Below are positions 52,341-61,929 of a stretch of DNA of 64,000 nucleotides, piece by piece. Below the pieces are notes generated by a model. The model worked only from the letters and a program-made list of their open reading frames with translations, searched no databases and was not told the DNA's origin. The stretch's first letter is position 1; each line of letters begins with the position of its first letter. Origin of the DNA: a virus (lineage: Duplodnaviria; Heunggongvirae; Uroviricota; Caudoviricetes); IMG/VR virus record IMGVR_UViG_3300042564_004805, positions 64,001-128,000 of that record; one strand, 5' to 3'. The position numbers were made by a program, and so were the translations under genes.

Positions 52341-52517
52341 TCAAATAGAGACTTCAATAACCAGTTTACTGTCTTCAAGTAGCTGCTCTACAACACTGGG
52401 CAAGCTTTCAAACAATGCCAAAAGCTGCTCAGAAGAGAGCACACTAGCCAGTTGTTCATCATCCTTGATAAGTTTGCTGATGGAAATTGAAATAGTTTGA
52501 CAGGCTATTTGTGCCAT
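52341..52517 (-). CDS. Small hypothetical protein (58 aa), absent from the ORF track
   Basis: MAQIACQTISISISKLIKDDEQLASVLSSEQLLALFESLPSVVEQLLEDSKLVIEVSI; AAGGA RBS and ATAAATA at 52539-52545. Confidence 0.6.
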   Translation of the reverse strand: MAQIACQTISISISKLIKDDEQLASVLSSEQLLALFESLPSVVEQLLEDSKLVIEVSI

Positions 52518-52541
52518 TTATAAGGTCCTTGATTAGAGTAT

Positions 52542-52859
52542 TTATCCTCTGTTTTTTGGCCTTCTGCCACGCTTTTTTCCACGATTGATTTGTAGGCCAT
52601 TGGCGTCAAGATCTGCATGTTGCAGATAGCGATCTAGCCCCATGCCATCCACTTCCACAATCTTGTTGATATCCAAGTCAAGACTGCTGTTGTTTTGTGT
52701 ATGCACTCCTGTAATTTTTACACAGGGCGCAAGTATAGCATGTGCAACTACAAATCTATGATAGACTCTAGAGGATGCTGACTCAGCAACCCCTATGACT
52801 GTGCCTTTGCTTATCAATCCTTTTTGGCACAAGCTTTGAATAGCTGATGTTTTGTTCAT
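52542..52859 (-). CDS. Hypothetical protein with basic C-terminal tail
   Basis: I..IDGM...R...L...G....GKKRGRRPK; coupled to the clpA stop. Confidence 0.6.
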   Translation of the reverse strand: MNKTSAIQSLCQKGLISKGTVIGVAESASSRVYHRFVVAHAILAPCVKITGVHTQNNSSLDLDINKIVEVDGMGLDRYLQHADLDANGLQINRGKKRGRRPKNRG

Positions 52860-55162
52860 TGCGCAGACACCTCTGAGTTGTTTTCATTAAAGGCCTCATT
52901 TGGGCCTGTGGGGAGACTACATACTGTGCCTAAAAATTCCAATTTCAGCTTATGTGCTGCTGCATCAAGTGTAACTAACACTCTTCCTCCTGACTTCAAC
53001 TTTCCAAATAACATCTGGCGGCTCATGGGCTTTTTGATATGGTTGTCAATTACCCGACTCAAAGGCCTAGCTCCCATCGAAGGGTCAAAACCATTCTTCA
53101 CCAACCATTCTTGCGCATCAGGATCAACTACTACACACACATTTTTGCTTTGTGAAGCTTGATTCAGTTGTTGAATGAATTTGATAACAACTTTCTGCAT
53201 GGTTTCTTTGTTCAACGCACCAAATGGCACTACTGCATCCAATCGATTCCTGAACTCTGGACGGAAAAATTGTTTTACAGCTTCTTTGTCTGCATCACTG
53301 TTTTTGGTAGCACCAAAGCCAATACTATGCTTTTCCATTTCCACAGCACCAAGATTACTGGTAAAAATCAAGATTGCATTTTTCAAACTCACTGTTTTTT
53401 GATTTTGGCTTGTGATGCTGCCTTGATCCATCGCTTGCAGAAAAACATTCAATACATCAGGATGAGCTTTTTCCACTTCGTCACACAGCAGCACACAACT
53501 GGGTGTTTGCTCTAGTGCGTTGATAAGAGCACCACTGCCAGCACTGCCGTCGCTGTAACCCACATATCCAGGGGGACTGCCAATAAATCTAGCAACAGAA
53601 TGTTTTTCTTGAAACTCGCTCATGTCAAAGCGAACAAAACTATAACCCAGTTTGTCTGCTAACATCTTGGCCAGTTCAGTCTTGCCCACACCACTTGGCC
53701 CTGTGAACAAGAAGCTTCCCAGTGTTTTGTTTTGTTCTCGTAGTCCACTATAAGCCAAATACACTGCATCAACAAGAGTGTCTACTGCTGTGTCTTGGCC
53801 GTAAATTACTTTTTTGAGATCATTATCTAGAGTAGATAATTTATTACTCTCAGATGTTTCCAAGTTTTCAAGGCTGACTTTGGCAATCCTACAAACTTGT
53901 TGTTCAATATTCTCTACTTGAACAACCTTTTTGGTTTTTCCTTTGATTTTCACTGTTGCACCAGCTGCATCAATCAAATCAATTGCCTTATCTGGCAGAT
54001 ACTTGTTGAAAATATATTTTACACTGAGATCAACTGCTGCCTCTGCACATCCTGGTGCATAAGTTACATTGTGAAACTTTTCAAAAGTTTTGATCAATCC
54101 TTGAATTACTTTTTTAGCATCACTTACACTGGGCTCAACTACATCTTGTTTCTCAAAACGCCGAAGTAGTGCTCGATCCTTTTCAAAATACTTCCGATAT
54201 TCGTCATATGTTGTGGAACCAATAGTGCGAATTTCTCCCCGACCCAACGCTGGCTTGAGAATATTGGCTGCATCCATTGCATTGCTGCTGTTGCCGCCAG
54301 CACCCATAATCATATGAATTTCATCAATGAAAATAATAACATTGGGCAAACTTTTTAACGCCGTAATAATGTTTTTCATTCTGTCTTCAAAGTCGCCACG
54401 ATATTTGGTCCCAGCAACAATGCTATTGATATCCAAGCTCCAGATTTCTTGATTCAAAAGAACTTTTGGCACGGTTTGTTCCACTATTCTCTTGGCAAGT
54501 CCTTCCACAAGTTGTGTTTTGCCTACCCCTGGATGGCCCACAAGTATAACATTGTTCTTGAGTTTTCGGGCCAGCGTTTCAACTAGTTGATCAACATCAG
54601 TGTCTCTACCAATAAGTGCAGTGATCTTGCCCTGTTTGGCACGTTGATTTAAATTGGTGGCAAATTGAAACAACACCATTCTTGCATCGTCTTCACTCAT
54701 GCCCATCTCATCCGTTTCTTGACTATTTTGTGTAAGATACGAGGTGATATTGCTTTTGTTGATGTTGTGTTTTTGTAAAAAATACACAGCCCAACTTTGT
54801 TCTGCATTGTAAAGTGCCAGCAACATGTCCACACTGTTCATAACAGTTTTGCCCATGAACAAGCTTTGCGCTTTGGCTTGCTTGATTACACTCATCAGTG
54901 TGGAGGTGTATTTGGGTTGATACACTCCGTCAGGCACAATACTATGATATTTGGAATCTTTGAGATAACTGACTACATCAGCTTTGAGCTTTTTTGGAGA
55001 ACAACCCAAGGCTGTTAACATGGTGTCAATGTCTTGAAATTCCAATAGTGCTATCAGCACATGCTCTACCACCACATATTCGTGATGATGTTTTATTGCA
55101 ATAGAGTAACTTCGATTTATTACTTGCTCAAAATCATTTTTTGAATTAAAGGGCTCTTTCAT
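52856..55162 (-). CDS. clpA: ClpA-type Hsp100 AAA+ ATPase
   Basis: Clp N-domain (HHEYVVVEHVLIALL); Walker A GHPGVGKT and GPSGVGKT; FIDEIHMIMGAG, RFDMSEFQEKHSVARFIGSPPGYVG, RPEFRNRLD and GARPL. Confidence 0.93.
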   Translation of the reverse strand: MKEPFNSKNDFEQVINRSYSIAIKHHHEYVVVEHVLIALLEFQDIDTMLTALGCSPKKLKADVVSYLKDSKYHSIVPDGVYQPKYTSTLMSVIKQAKAQSLFMGKTVMNSVDMLLALYNAEQSWAVYFLQKHNINKSNITSYLTQNSQETDEMGMSEDDARMVLFQFATNLNQRAKQGKITALIGRDTDVDQLVETLARKLKNNVILVGHPGVGKTQLVEGLAKRIVEQTVPKVLLNQEIWSLDINSIVAGTKYRGDFEDRMKNIITALKSLPNVIIFIDEIHMIMGAGGNSSNAMDAANILKPALGRGEIRTIGSTTYDEYRKYFEKDRALLRRFEKQDVVEPSVSDAKKVIQGLIKTFEKFHNVTYAPGCAEAAVDLSVKYIFNKYLPDKAIDLIDAAGATVKIKGKTKKVVQVENIEQQVCRIAKVSLENLETSESNKLSTLDNDLKKVIYGQDTAVDTLVDAVYLAYSGLREQNKTLGSFLFTGPSGVGKTELAKMLADKLGYSFVRFDMSEFQEKHSVARFIGSPPGYVGYSDGSAGSGALINALEQTPSCVLLCDEVEKAHPDVLNVFLQAMDQGSITSQNQKTVSLKNAILIFTSNLGAVEMEKHSIGFGATKNSDADKEAVKQFFRPEFRNRLDAVVPFGALNKETMQKVVIKFIQQLNQASQSKNVCVVVDPDAQEWLVKNGFDPSMGARPLSRVIDNHIKKPMSRQMLFGKLKSGGRVLVTLDAAAHKLKLEFLGTVCSLPTGPNEAFNENNSEVSAQ

Positions 55163-55184
55163 ATGTGCTGTCCTGGTGAAAGAT

Positions 55185-56042
55185 TTAAGATGTTTGGGGG
55201 TGTGCCCATTTTGAAATGGCATCAAGCTGATCTTGATCCAGCTTTTGTGGCAGCTCTACATGGAGTCTGACCATGAGGTCACCACGTGAAGAACTATTAC
55301 TACTGAGCGGCATGCCCTTGCCTTTGACGTTAAGTAGAGTTTGATCTTTGGACAAAGGCGGGACTTTCATGGAAACTGCACCGCCTTCAATCACACTAAC
55401 AAGCTTGTCAACCCCCACTAATGTTTCCCAAATGTTGGCCTTCAGTGTAGTCAACAAATGAGGCCCACTCCTCTCGAACACAGAGTGCGGCGTAACAAAC
55501 ACAGTAATATACAAATCTCCAGGTGCTAAATTGGCATGTGTTCGGCTACCGTTGCCAGCATATCGTAACCTATACCCACTATCAATACCTGCAGGTATGT
55601 TCACAACTAAATTGATGTTTTGGCCAGCACTATCAGTAAATTGAATTGGTACACTTTTTCCTGTGAACGCTTCTTCCAAGGTTATATTCAACTGAACTTG
55701 CGTGTCAGGATTACGACTTGGTCGTTGGCTAAAGTGGTCAAATCCTTGACCTCGGAAGATTTGTTCAAAAATATCACCAAAGGGTGATCCTCCTCCACGG
55801 AATTCAAAATGGAATCCACCTGGCTGACTTCCACCAAACTTGCGTTGCTGATCGTAAGCTTGACGCTTGTCTTCGTTACCTAGAGTATCATAAGCCTCAT
55901 TGATCTCTTTGAATTTACTCTCAGATTCACTGCTTTTGTTACGGTCTGGATGATACTGCATTGCAAGTGTGCGATAAGCCTTTTTCAACTCATCTTGAGT
56001 TGCATTTTCTTGCACGGCAAGGATACTATAATAATCTTTCAT
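55185..56042 (-). CDS. dnaJ: DnaJ/CbpA-type co-chaperone (J domain plus C-terminal domain, no Zn finger)
   Basis: DYYSIL.V..AT..E.KKAYR.LA..YHPDRN, ITLEEAFTG and GDL. Confidence 0.9.
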   Translation of the reverse strand: MKDYYSILAVQENATQDELKKAYRTLAMQYHPDRNKSSESESKFKEINEAYDTLGNEDKRQAYDQQRKFGGSQPGGFHFEFRGGGSPFGDIFEQIFRGQGFDHFSQRPSRNPDTQVQLNITLEEAFTGKSVPIQFTDSAGQNINLVVNIPAGIDSGYRLRYAGNGSRTHANLAPGDLYITVFVTPHSVFERSGPHLLTTLKANIWETLVGVDKLVSVIEGGAVSMKVPPLSKDQTLLNVKGKGMPLSSNSSSRGDLMVRLHVELPQKLDQDQLDAISKWAHPQTS

Positions 56043-56048
56043 ATGTAT

Positions 56049-56077
56049 ATTATATTTTTATATTGCTGCCTTGTCAA
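56049..56077 (-). promoter_or_regulatory. Perfect sigma70 promoter TTGACA-N17-TATAAT, 6 nt before the dnaJ ATG
   Basis: Read directly; no room for an SD sequence. Confidence 0.8.
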
Positions 56078-56142
56078 TGCAGGAAAAACTAGCAACTTAT
56101 TGAACACACAAAACTTTGTAAATATGTTGATGGGAAAATTAC

Positions 56143-56814
56143 ATGTCTGATATTGCTCGCGTCCTAATATCATATTTTCGAACGGTTCATCCCTTGAAGA
56201 TGCTGTGGCATTTGTTTGTGATTTTCTGCCTGCTGTGCATGATAAGCACCAGCTACATTGTTGCTTTTCATTTTCAACCTGTGATTGATCTTTGGCAACG
56301 CAGTAACAGCATGAACAACTTTGCAAGAGAATTACAAGTCAGCGTTGCAGTGGATACAGCAGCCAATCAATCACTAAATCAAATACTTACAACTACCAAT
56401 TCCAACCGTGCATATATTTTCCGATTTCACAATGGTATTCCTAGCCCCAATAATGTGCCATTTATTTTCCACACAAATACTCACGAAGTAATTAAACCTG
56501 GTACCAATAGGATCATGAACTTTGGGCAAAGGCTGCCCAGCAGTTTGATCACCAACATGAGTACTGAATTTCTCAAGAGAAAATGCGTGAGTTTGACCAA
56601 TATCAATGCTCGACCAGATAGTGCACTCTATTGGTATTATGAATCCAGAGCAGCATTGCACATAACCCGTTGTGCATTTTTCTCAAATAATGGTGACCTT
56701 TTGGGCTTTGTTGGTGTTGACTATACAGAGCCCACTCCTGCTGCTCAAGTACGTAATAACGAAGACATTGTGAAACAAACGGCAGATCAACTGGGCCGAA
56801 TATTTGATAGATAG
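56143..56814 (+). CDS. T4 T-like holin candidate (N-terminal TMD plus GAF-like domain)
   Basis: Single TM segment (LWHLFVIFCLLCMISTSYIVAF), then RAYIFRFHNG...HEV.KPG...LLGFVGVDY; TAAATA at 56119-56124. Confidence 0.6.
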   Translation: MSDIARVLISYFRTVHPLKMLWHLFVIFCLLCMISTSYIVAFHFQPVIDLWQRSNSMNNFARELQVSVAVDTAANQSLNQILTTTNSNRAYIFRFHNGIPSPNNVPFIFHTNTHEVIKPGTNRIMNFGQRLPSSLITNMSTEFLKRKCVSLTNINARPDSALYWYYESRAALHITRCAFFSNNGDLLGFVGVDYTEPTPAAQVRNNEDIVKQTADQLGRIFDR

Positions 56815-56855
56815 CTGACATCCACTACAATTTATTTTGTAGATAAGGATCAGTC

Positions 56856-57956
56856 ATGAATATTCTCATACCAATGGCAGGGTTGGGCTCTAGATTTTCC
56901 AACATTGGGATACAAGAGCCTAAACCGCTTATTGAGGTTAACTCTCGCACACTGATTGAGCATAGCATCAAAAGCTTTGATGTTGATGGAAAATTTATTT
57001 TTGTAACACGCAAATATGAGAACCCAGCATATTCACACCAGCTGAACAGTCTATTGAAGCAACTACGCCCTGAATGTGAGATAATTGAAATAGATCGTGT
57101 CACAAATGGTGCCAGCCAAACAGCATTGTGTGCTCGAGAGTTTATCAACAACAATGAGCCGCTAGTGATTTATAATTGCGATCAAATCATCAATTGGGAT
57201 CCTCGAGAGTTTTTAAAATTTACAAGCGATACCGGAGTTGATGGGGCAGTTGTGCTTCACAAAGAAAGGGATCCCAAGAACAGCTTTGCTGAGATCAAAA
57301 ACAGTCGAGTAGTACAGGTTGTGGAGAAAAATCCCATCTCAGATGATGCACTAATTGGTTTTCACTATTGGAAACGCGGCTGTGATTTTGTAGAAAGTGC
57401 AGAAAAACTCCTGTCAGAATTTACATTTCACGGCCGGCCTGAGTGTTACATAAGCGAAACTTACAACTATCTCATTCAACAAGGCTCAAGCATTTTCCCA
57501 TATTTTGTTGCTCCAAACATTTATATTCCGTTGGGCACTCCAGAAGATGTGGCACGGTATTTGGGTAAGGTGAAGGAGTTTTACAGCAGCAAGCCCAAAA
57601 CAATTTTTTGCGACATTGACGGCACCCTTATTCAACATCAGCATTCCATAAGTGAGGCATTGCGAGTTGAGCCAAAAATACTACACGGTGTACGAGAAAA
57701 GTTCAACCAATGGGATAGCCAAGGGCACACTATTATACTTGTTACAGCCAGAAAAGAAAGTACTAGAGCTGCCACAGTTGCACAGCTTGAGAGTATTGGT
57801 ATAGCGTATGATCAACTGTTGATGGGTGTTACAAGTGGTACAAGAGTAATTGTAAATGACAAGCTTAGTGAAGCTGACAGTAATAGAGCACTGGCTGTAA
57901 ATGTATTAACTGATCAAGGGTTTGGAATTGTGAACTGGGAGTCATTTGGTCTATGA
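56856..57956 (+). CDS. Nucleotidyltransferase (NTP_transf) fused to a HAD-family phosphatase
   Basis: IPMAGLGSRF...PKPLI, IYNCDQ, LGTPED; C-term TIFCDIDGTL and LVTAR. Confidence 0.88.
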   Translation: MNILIPMAGLGSRFSNIGIQEPKPLIEVNSRTLIEHSIKSFDVDGKFIFVTRKYENPAYSHQLNSLLKQLRPECEIIEIDRVTNGASQTALCAREFINNNEPLVIYNCDQIINWDPREFLKFTSDTGVDGAVVLHKERDPKNSFAEIKNSRVVQVVEKNPISDDALIGFHYWKRGCDFVESAEKLLSEFTFHGRPECYISETYNYLIQQGSSIFPYFVAPNIYIPLGTPEDVARYLGKVKEFYSSKPKTIFCDIDGTLIQHQHSISEALRVEPKILHGVREKFNQWDSQGHTIILVTARKESTRAATVAQLESIGIAYDQLLMGVTSGTRVIVNDKLSEADSNRALAVNVLTDQGFGIVNWESFGL

Positions 57957-58282
57957 AGTTGTTGAAACACAACAATATGCTACGAGGATGGTTTGTGGGC
58001 GATTTTGAGCCCACTGCTTGGCCCACAAAAGACTTTGAAGTTGGTTTTCGCACACACAAATCCAGTGATCCTCCTGATCCGCACTTTCACACAAAAGTTA
58101 CTGAGATCAATCTCATTACCAGCGGGAGAATGAGAATTCAAGACACTGAGCTCAGCTCTGGAGATATTTTTATTCTGTATCCTTGGGAAATCACCAATCC
58201 TGAGTTTCTTGAGGACACAAGTATTATTTGTGTCAAGGTTCCCAGTATGAATGACAAACAACTCTTGACCTTGGGTGACTAG
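57953..58282 (+). CDS. Cupin-fold protein of polysaccharide loci
   Basis: GWFVGDFEPT..T.DFEV..H...H.H.K.TEI..I.SG and VKVPS..DK. Confidence 0.75.
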   Translation: MKLLKHNNMLRGWFVGDFEPTAWPTKDFEVGFRTHKSSDPPDPHFHTKVTEINLITSGRMRIQDTELSSGDIFILYPWEITNPEFLEDTSIICVKVPSMNDKQLLTLGD

Positions 58283-58951
58283 GTGCGTGTGGCACTTTGT
58301 TTTTCAGGTTTACCAAGATTTGTAAGGGAAACGCATCGTTACTGGAAACGATGTCTATTAGACGTATATCAACCTGACGTATTCATTCACACTTGGCAAA
58401 ATCTAGATTTTGACCCCAATAATTTTTGGAGCTTATATCAACCCAAAATCCTGTCCTGGGAACAACCTAAAAAATATGATGTAAGCCTGTACACAGACCG
58501 CATTTGGGCATACCGTACTATACCACAAAATCAACTTGCACAATATACTGGAATTCAAAAAGCCATTGGCTTGGCGCTTGACTATCAAACTAATTTTGGG
58601 TTTGAGTATGACGTGATTATCCGTGCAAGATTTGATTGGTTCCTTCAAACTGTGGAGCTGGAATTGAACAACGCAGTAAATGTAGCCCATACACCGGGAT
58701 TATCTGGGCATCGATTCCAGTTCTTGGACCAAGAGTATCTGGGCATAAGTGACCAATTTGCATATGGCAGCAGTACAACTATGAAAACTTACGCACAACT
58801 AGTGGATTGGCTTCCTACACTCTATCAAGACTACAAGGTGGATTTTTGTGGCGAGTTGTTTTTGAAAAGCCATCTTTTGTTACACAACATACCAGTCAAA
58901 GAACACAACTGGCATAACGGAATAGTAAGACCAACAGGAATTATACCATGA
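58283..58951 (+). CDS. Putative glycosyltransferase (MRVALCFSGxPR family)
   Basis: ALCFSGLPR, DVFIHTW, YDVIIRARFD and SDQFAYGS. Confidence 0.6.
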   Translation: MRVALCFSGLPRFVRETHRYWKRCLLDVYQPDVFIHTWQNLDFDPNNFWSLYQPKILSWEQPKKYDVSLYTDRIWAYRTIPQNQLAQYTGIQKAIGLALDYQTNFGFEYDVIIRARFDWFLQTVELELNNAVNVAHTPGLSGHRFQFLDQEYLGISDQFAYGSSTTMKTYAQLVDWLPTLYQDYKVDFCGELFLKSHLLLHNIPVKEHNWHNGIVRPTGIIP

Positions 58952-59421
58952 GATTGATTGCACATCGAGGACTTTTGTATGGTCCTGATCCCAAAGCTGA
59001 AAACACTCCCCAATCAATCCACACTTGTTTGGAGTTGGGAATTGACGTGGAAATTGATGTTTGGTACACAGACGGCTGGATGTTGGGGCATGATGCTCCA
59101 TCAATTAGAGTAACAACTGATTTCCTAACACAGCAAAACTTATGGATTCACGCTAAGAATGCAAAAGCTTGCCAAGAGTTGAGCCAGTTACACCACTTGC
59201 ACCCAATGTTGAACTATTTTTGGCATGAAAATGATGAGCGTGTATTAACAAGCCAAAATTACTGGTGGACATCACCAAACAAACCATTGTTCTCAAATAG
59301 TATAGCAGTAATGCCTGAATGGCACACCCCACTTGATAAATTAGCTGAATGCTTGAGCTGGGATGCGTTTGGAATATGCTCTGACTGGATAAGCCTGTTG
59401 CATCCTGTAGGTGCACAATGA
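58948..59421 (+). CDS. Glycerophosphodiester phosphodiesterase-like (PLC-like TIM barrel) protein
   Basis: LIAHRG, ENT, DVEIDVW, LGHD, LWIHAKN and GICSD. Confidence 0.8.
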   Translation: MRLIAHRGLLYGPDPKAENTPQSIHTCLELGIDVEIDVWYTDGWMLGHDAPSIRVTTDFLTQQNLWIHAKNAKACQELSQLHHLHPMLNYFWHENDERVLTSQNYWWTSPNKPLFSNSIAVMPEWHTPLDKLAECLSWDAFGICSDWISLLHPVGAQ

Positions 59422-60125
59422 AAGAAGTAATAGTAGCACACCAACTGGGATTGGGTGATTATTTCATTTGTAATGGCTTAGTCAACTATTTCTCAGAAAT
59501 ATACGATCAGGTATTTGTGCCTGTGAAACCTCACAACTGGCCCACAGTTTCCTGTTTATATCAAGACAATCCCAAAGTAAAACTACTAAAAATAGACGGT
59601 ATTAGTGAGACTGTTGAAAACAGCTTAGATTGTTTTGGCATACCTATAATCGAAGCTGATGTGTATATGCATCGACCCACAAGTGCACGGTGGTACAGGT
59701 GGTACTATGAGCAATTTGGCTTACCTTATGAATACCGATTCTCCCAATTCAAATTACCACAATGTATTCCTGATGTTGACGCAGTGTATGATATGGTTGT
59801 GGGAGACTCTACCCCGTATAGATTAGTCCATGACGAGCCCAGCATTGGTGGAAGGGTGCCTTTGAAATGGGTAGATGAAAGTGCTCACGATGTACGTATT
59901 GTAAAAGTCTCACATAATGTTACATCAAATCTTCTTTCCTGGATACGTGTAATTGAAAATGCACAAGAGATACACCTCATTGATAGCAGTGTTTTCAACT
60001 TCATTCACAGCGTTGGCGAACTGCTAACTCATAAAAAAATCTACTATCACACTACTCGAAACAGTCAGTTCACTTATGAGCAACATGATATTCAAAAATA
60101 CACTCCTTGGATCAAGGTAGTATAA
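59418..60125 (+). CDS. Glycosyltransferase-like protein
   Basis: HQLGLGDYFICNGLV...IENAQEIHLIDSS. Confidence 0.6.
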   Translation: MKEVIVAHQLGLGDYFICNGLVNYFSEIYDQVFVPVKPHNWPTVSCLYQDNPKVKLLKIDGISETVENSLDCFGIPIIEADVYMHRPTSARWYRWYYEQFGLPYEYRFSQFKLPQCIPDVDAVYDMVVGDSTPYRLVHDEPSIGGRVPLKWVDESAHDVRIVKVSHNVTSNLLSWIRVIENAQEIHLIDSSVFNFIHSVGELLTHKKIYYHTTRNSQFTYEQHDIQKYTPWIKVV

Positions 60126-60868
60126 TGAAACTAGCACTGTGCCTGTATGGCCCTTATCGACATTTCAACAATGTTGCAGCTAGCTTGCGAACTCATTTGT
60201 TTAGCTGTTTGAACATAGACCTGTTTGCCTGTGTTTACGATGCATCGTCCTTGGGAATGTATCCTGCAGATTCAAACCATCCACGATACACACATAAAAA
60301 TCCTGGTGGTTTTCCAACACACCAGGATTTTTCAATGTTATCAAGCTTATGTCCTTTACAATCTGAGACATTTAGCTTGGATTCCCAGTGTTTTTCAAAC
60401 TCACTTGCACAGTTGAAATCAAATATTGGCTCTGTTGAAGATTATCCTCTAGCAATGTGGGCCAATTTATGGGCACAAGAAAGAGTTGTTGAGATGGCAA
60501 GCTGTTTTTCTCAAAAATACGATTTTGTCATTGTAAGCCGAGCTGATGTCATCTATCAAAACTCCTTGCCTCAGTGGTGTTTTGATTACAACCAACTTCT
60601 GGTTCAACGTAAATTTGGGTGTGGCAGTCCTTGCGATTTTTGGTTTATAGGCAACAGCAGCACAGCAAATCAAGCAGGCAAAAGATTTTCCTGCTTCTCA
60701 GACAAAGACTTTCATCCTCACAAAGCGTTTGATACCCATTTAAAACACCATAATATTGAAGTCTGTTTTGCAGATTTGCCGTTAAATGTGGTACAACGTA
60801 GATATACAGGATGGTGGTATACTCCATATATTTCTGATCCTGATTCTTTGCCAAAGGTGATTACATGA
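60125..60868 (+). CDS. Putative glycosyltransferase (MKLALCLYG family; paralogue-like to 58283)
   Basis: ALCLYG..R, YDFVIVSRADV and DFWFIG.S. Confidence 0.55.
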   Translation: MKLALCLYGPYRHFNNVAASLRTHLFSCLNIDLFACVYDASSLGMYPADSNHPRYTHKNPGGFPTHQDFSMLSSLCPLQSETFSLDSQCFSNSLAQLKSNIGSVEDYPLAMWANLWAQERVVEMASCFSQKYDFVIVSRADVIYQNSLPQWCFDYNQLLVQRKFGCGSPCDFWFIGNSSTANQAGKRFSCFSDKDFHPHKAFDTHLKHHNIEVCFADLPLNVVQRRYTGWWYTPYISDPDSLPKVIT

Positions 60869-61929
60869 AACTAGCTGTATATACTATCTCCCTTAACGAA
60901 AGACATTTTGTAGAGCGTTGGTGTGACAGTGTCAAAGAAGCTGACTATCTAGTCGTAGCTGACACTGGCAGCACAGATGGCACTGTGGAGGCATTGCGAG
61001 AACGTGGTGTACAAGTAAGTGTTATTAAAATCAAACCTTGGAGGTTTGATGATGCACGCAACATGGCACTAGCATTGGTTCCAGAAGATGTTGATGTCTG
61101 TATCTCTATGGACATGGATGAGATGATGGCCCCCGGTTGGCGAGAAGAGCTGGAAAAACATTGGTTACCTGGCACAACAAGACTGCGCTATCATTATGTT
61201 CACAACTTTGATGCCAATGACCAACCACTTAGTCAATTCCTTGCAGACAAGCTGCATAGTAGATTTGGTTATCGATGGAAGCGTGCAGTGCATGAAACTA
61301 TTTTTCCCATTGGTGATGAAAAAACCGTCGTAGCCCCCAGTGTTGTTATGTGGCACAAACAAGATCCTAGCAAAAGTCGTGGCCAATATCTACCCTTGCT
61401 GGAAACAAGCTACAAAGAGATGCCACGTGACAGTCAATTGTGCTATTGGTTGGCAAGAGAGTATGCTTGGTATAATCAGCCTGAAAATGCTGCTGAACAT
61501 TTCCAAAAGTATCTTGCCATGCCTGAAAGTGGTTGGGCTGATGAACGGAGCGAGGCTATGAAGTGGTTAGCCAAATGTCTACCCCATGAAGAATTGAAGT
61601 GGCTGAGACTAAGTTCTGTTGAAAGTCCCACACGACGAGAAGTTTGGTTAAATCTAGCCGAATATTACTACAACAATGCTGATTGGCCCAATCTCTATGC
61701 GGCTGCTAAAGAAGGTTTGAAATGTGCTCACAAGAGCAACAGCTATCTTGATTATTCGCACGCTTGGGGAGGAAGAATGTATGATCTATGCGGATTAGGT
61801 GCTTGGAACCTCGGCCTAAAGGACGAAAGCCTCAGAATGTTTGAAGAAGCTGCACGTCTTGAGCCAGAAGATGGCCGCATCAAATCCAATTATGAGTTTG
61901 TGAAATCTGTCCTGGAGAACAAAGGATGA
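60865..61929 (+). CDS. GT2 glycosyltransferase with C-terminal TPR repeats
   Basis: AVYTISLNE, VADTGSTDGT, WRFDDARN, SMDMDE and VHE; TPR C-terminus. Confidence 0.88.
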   Translation: MKLAVYTISLNERHFVERWCDSVKEADYLVVADTGSTDGTVEALRERGVQVSVIKIKPWRFDDARNMALALVPEDVDVCISMDMDEMMAPGWREELEKHWLPGTTRLRYHYVHNFDANDQPLSQFLADKLHSRFGYRWKRAVHETIFPIGDEKTVVAPSVVMWHKQDPSKSRGQYLPLLETSYKEMPRDSQLCYWLAREYAWYNQPENAAEHFQKYLAMPESGWADERSEAMKWLAKCLPHEELKWLRLSSVESPTRREVWLNLAEYYYNNADWPNLYAAAKEGLKCAHKSNSYLDYSHAWGGRMYDLCGLGAWNLGLKDESLRMFEEAARLEPEDGRIKSNYEFVKSVLENKG

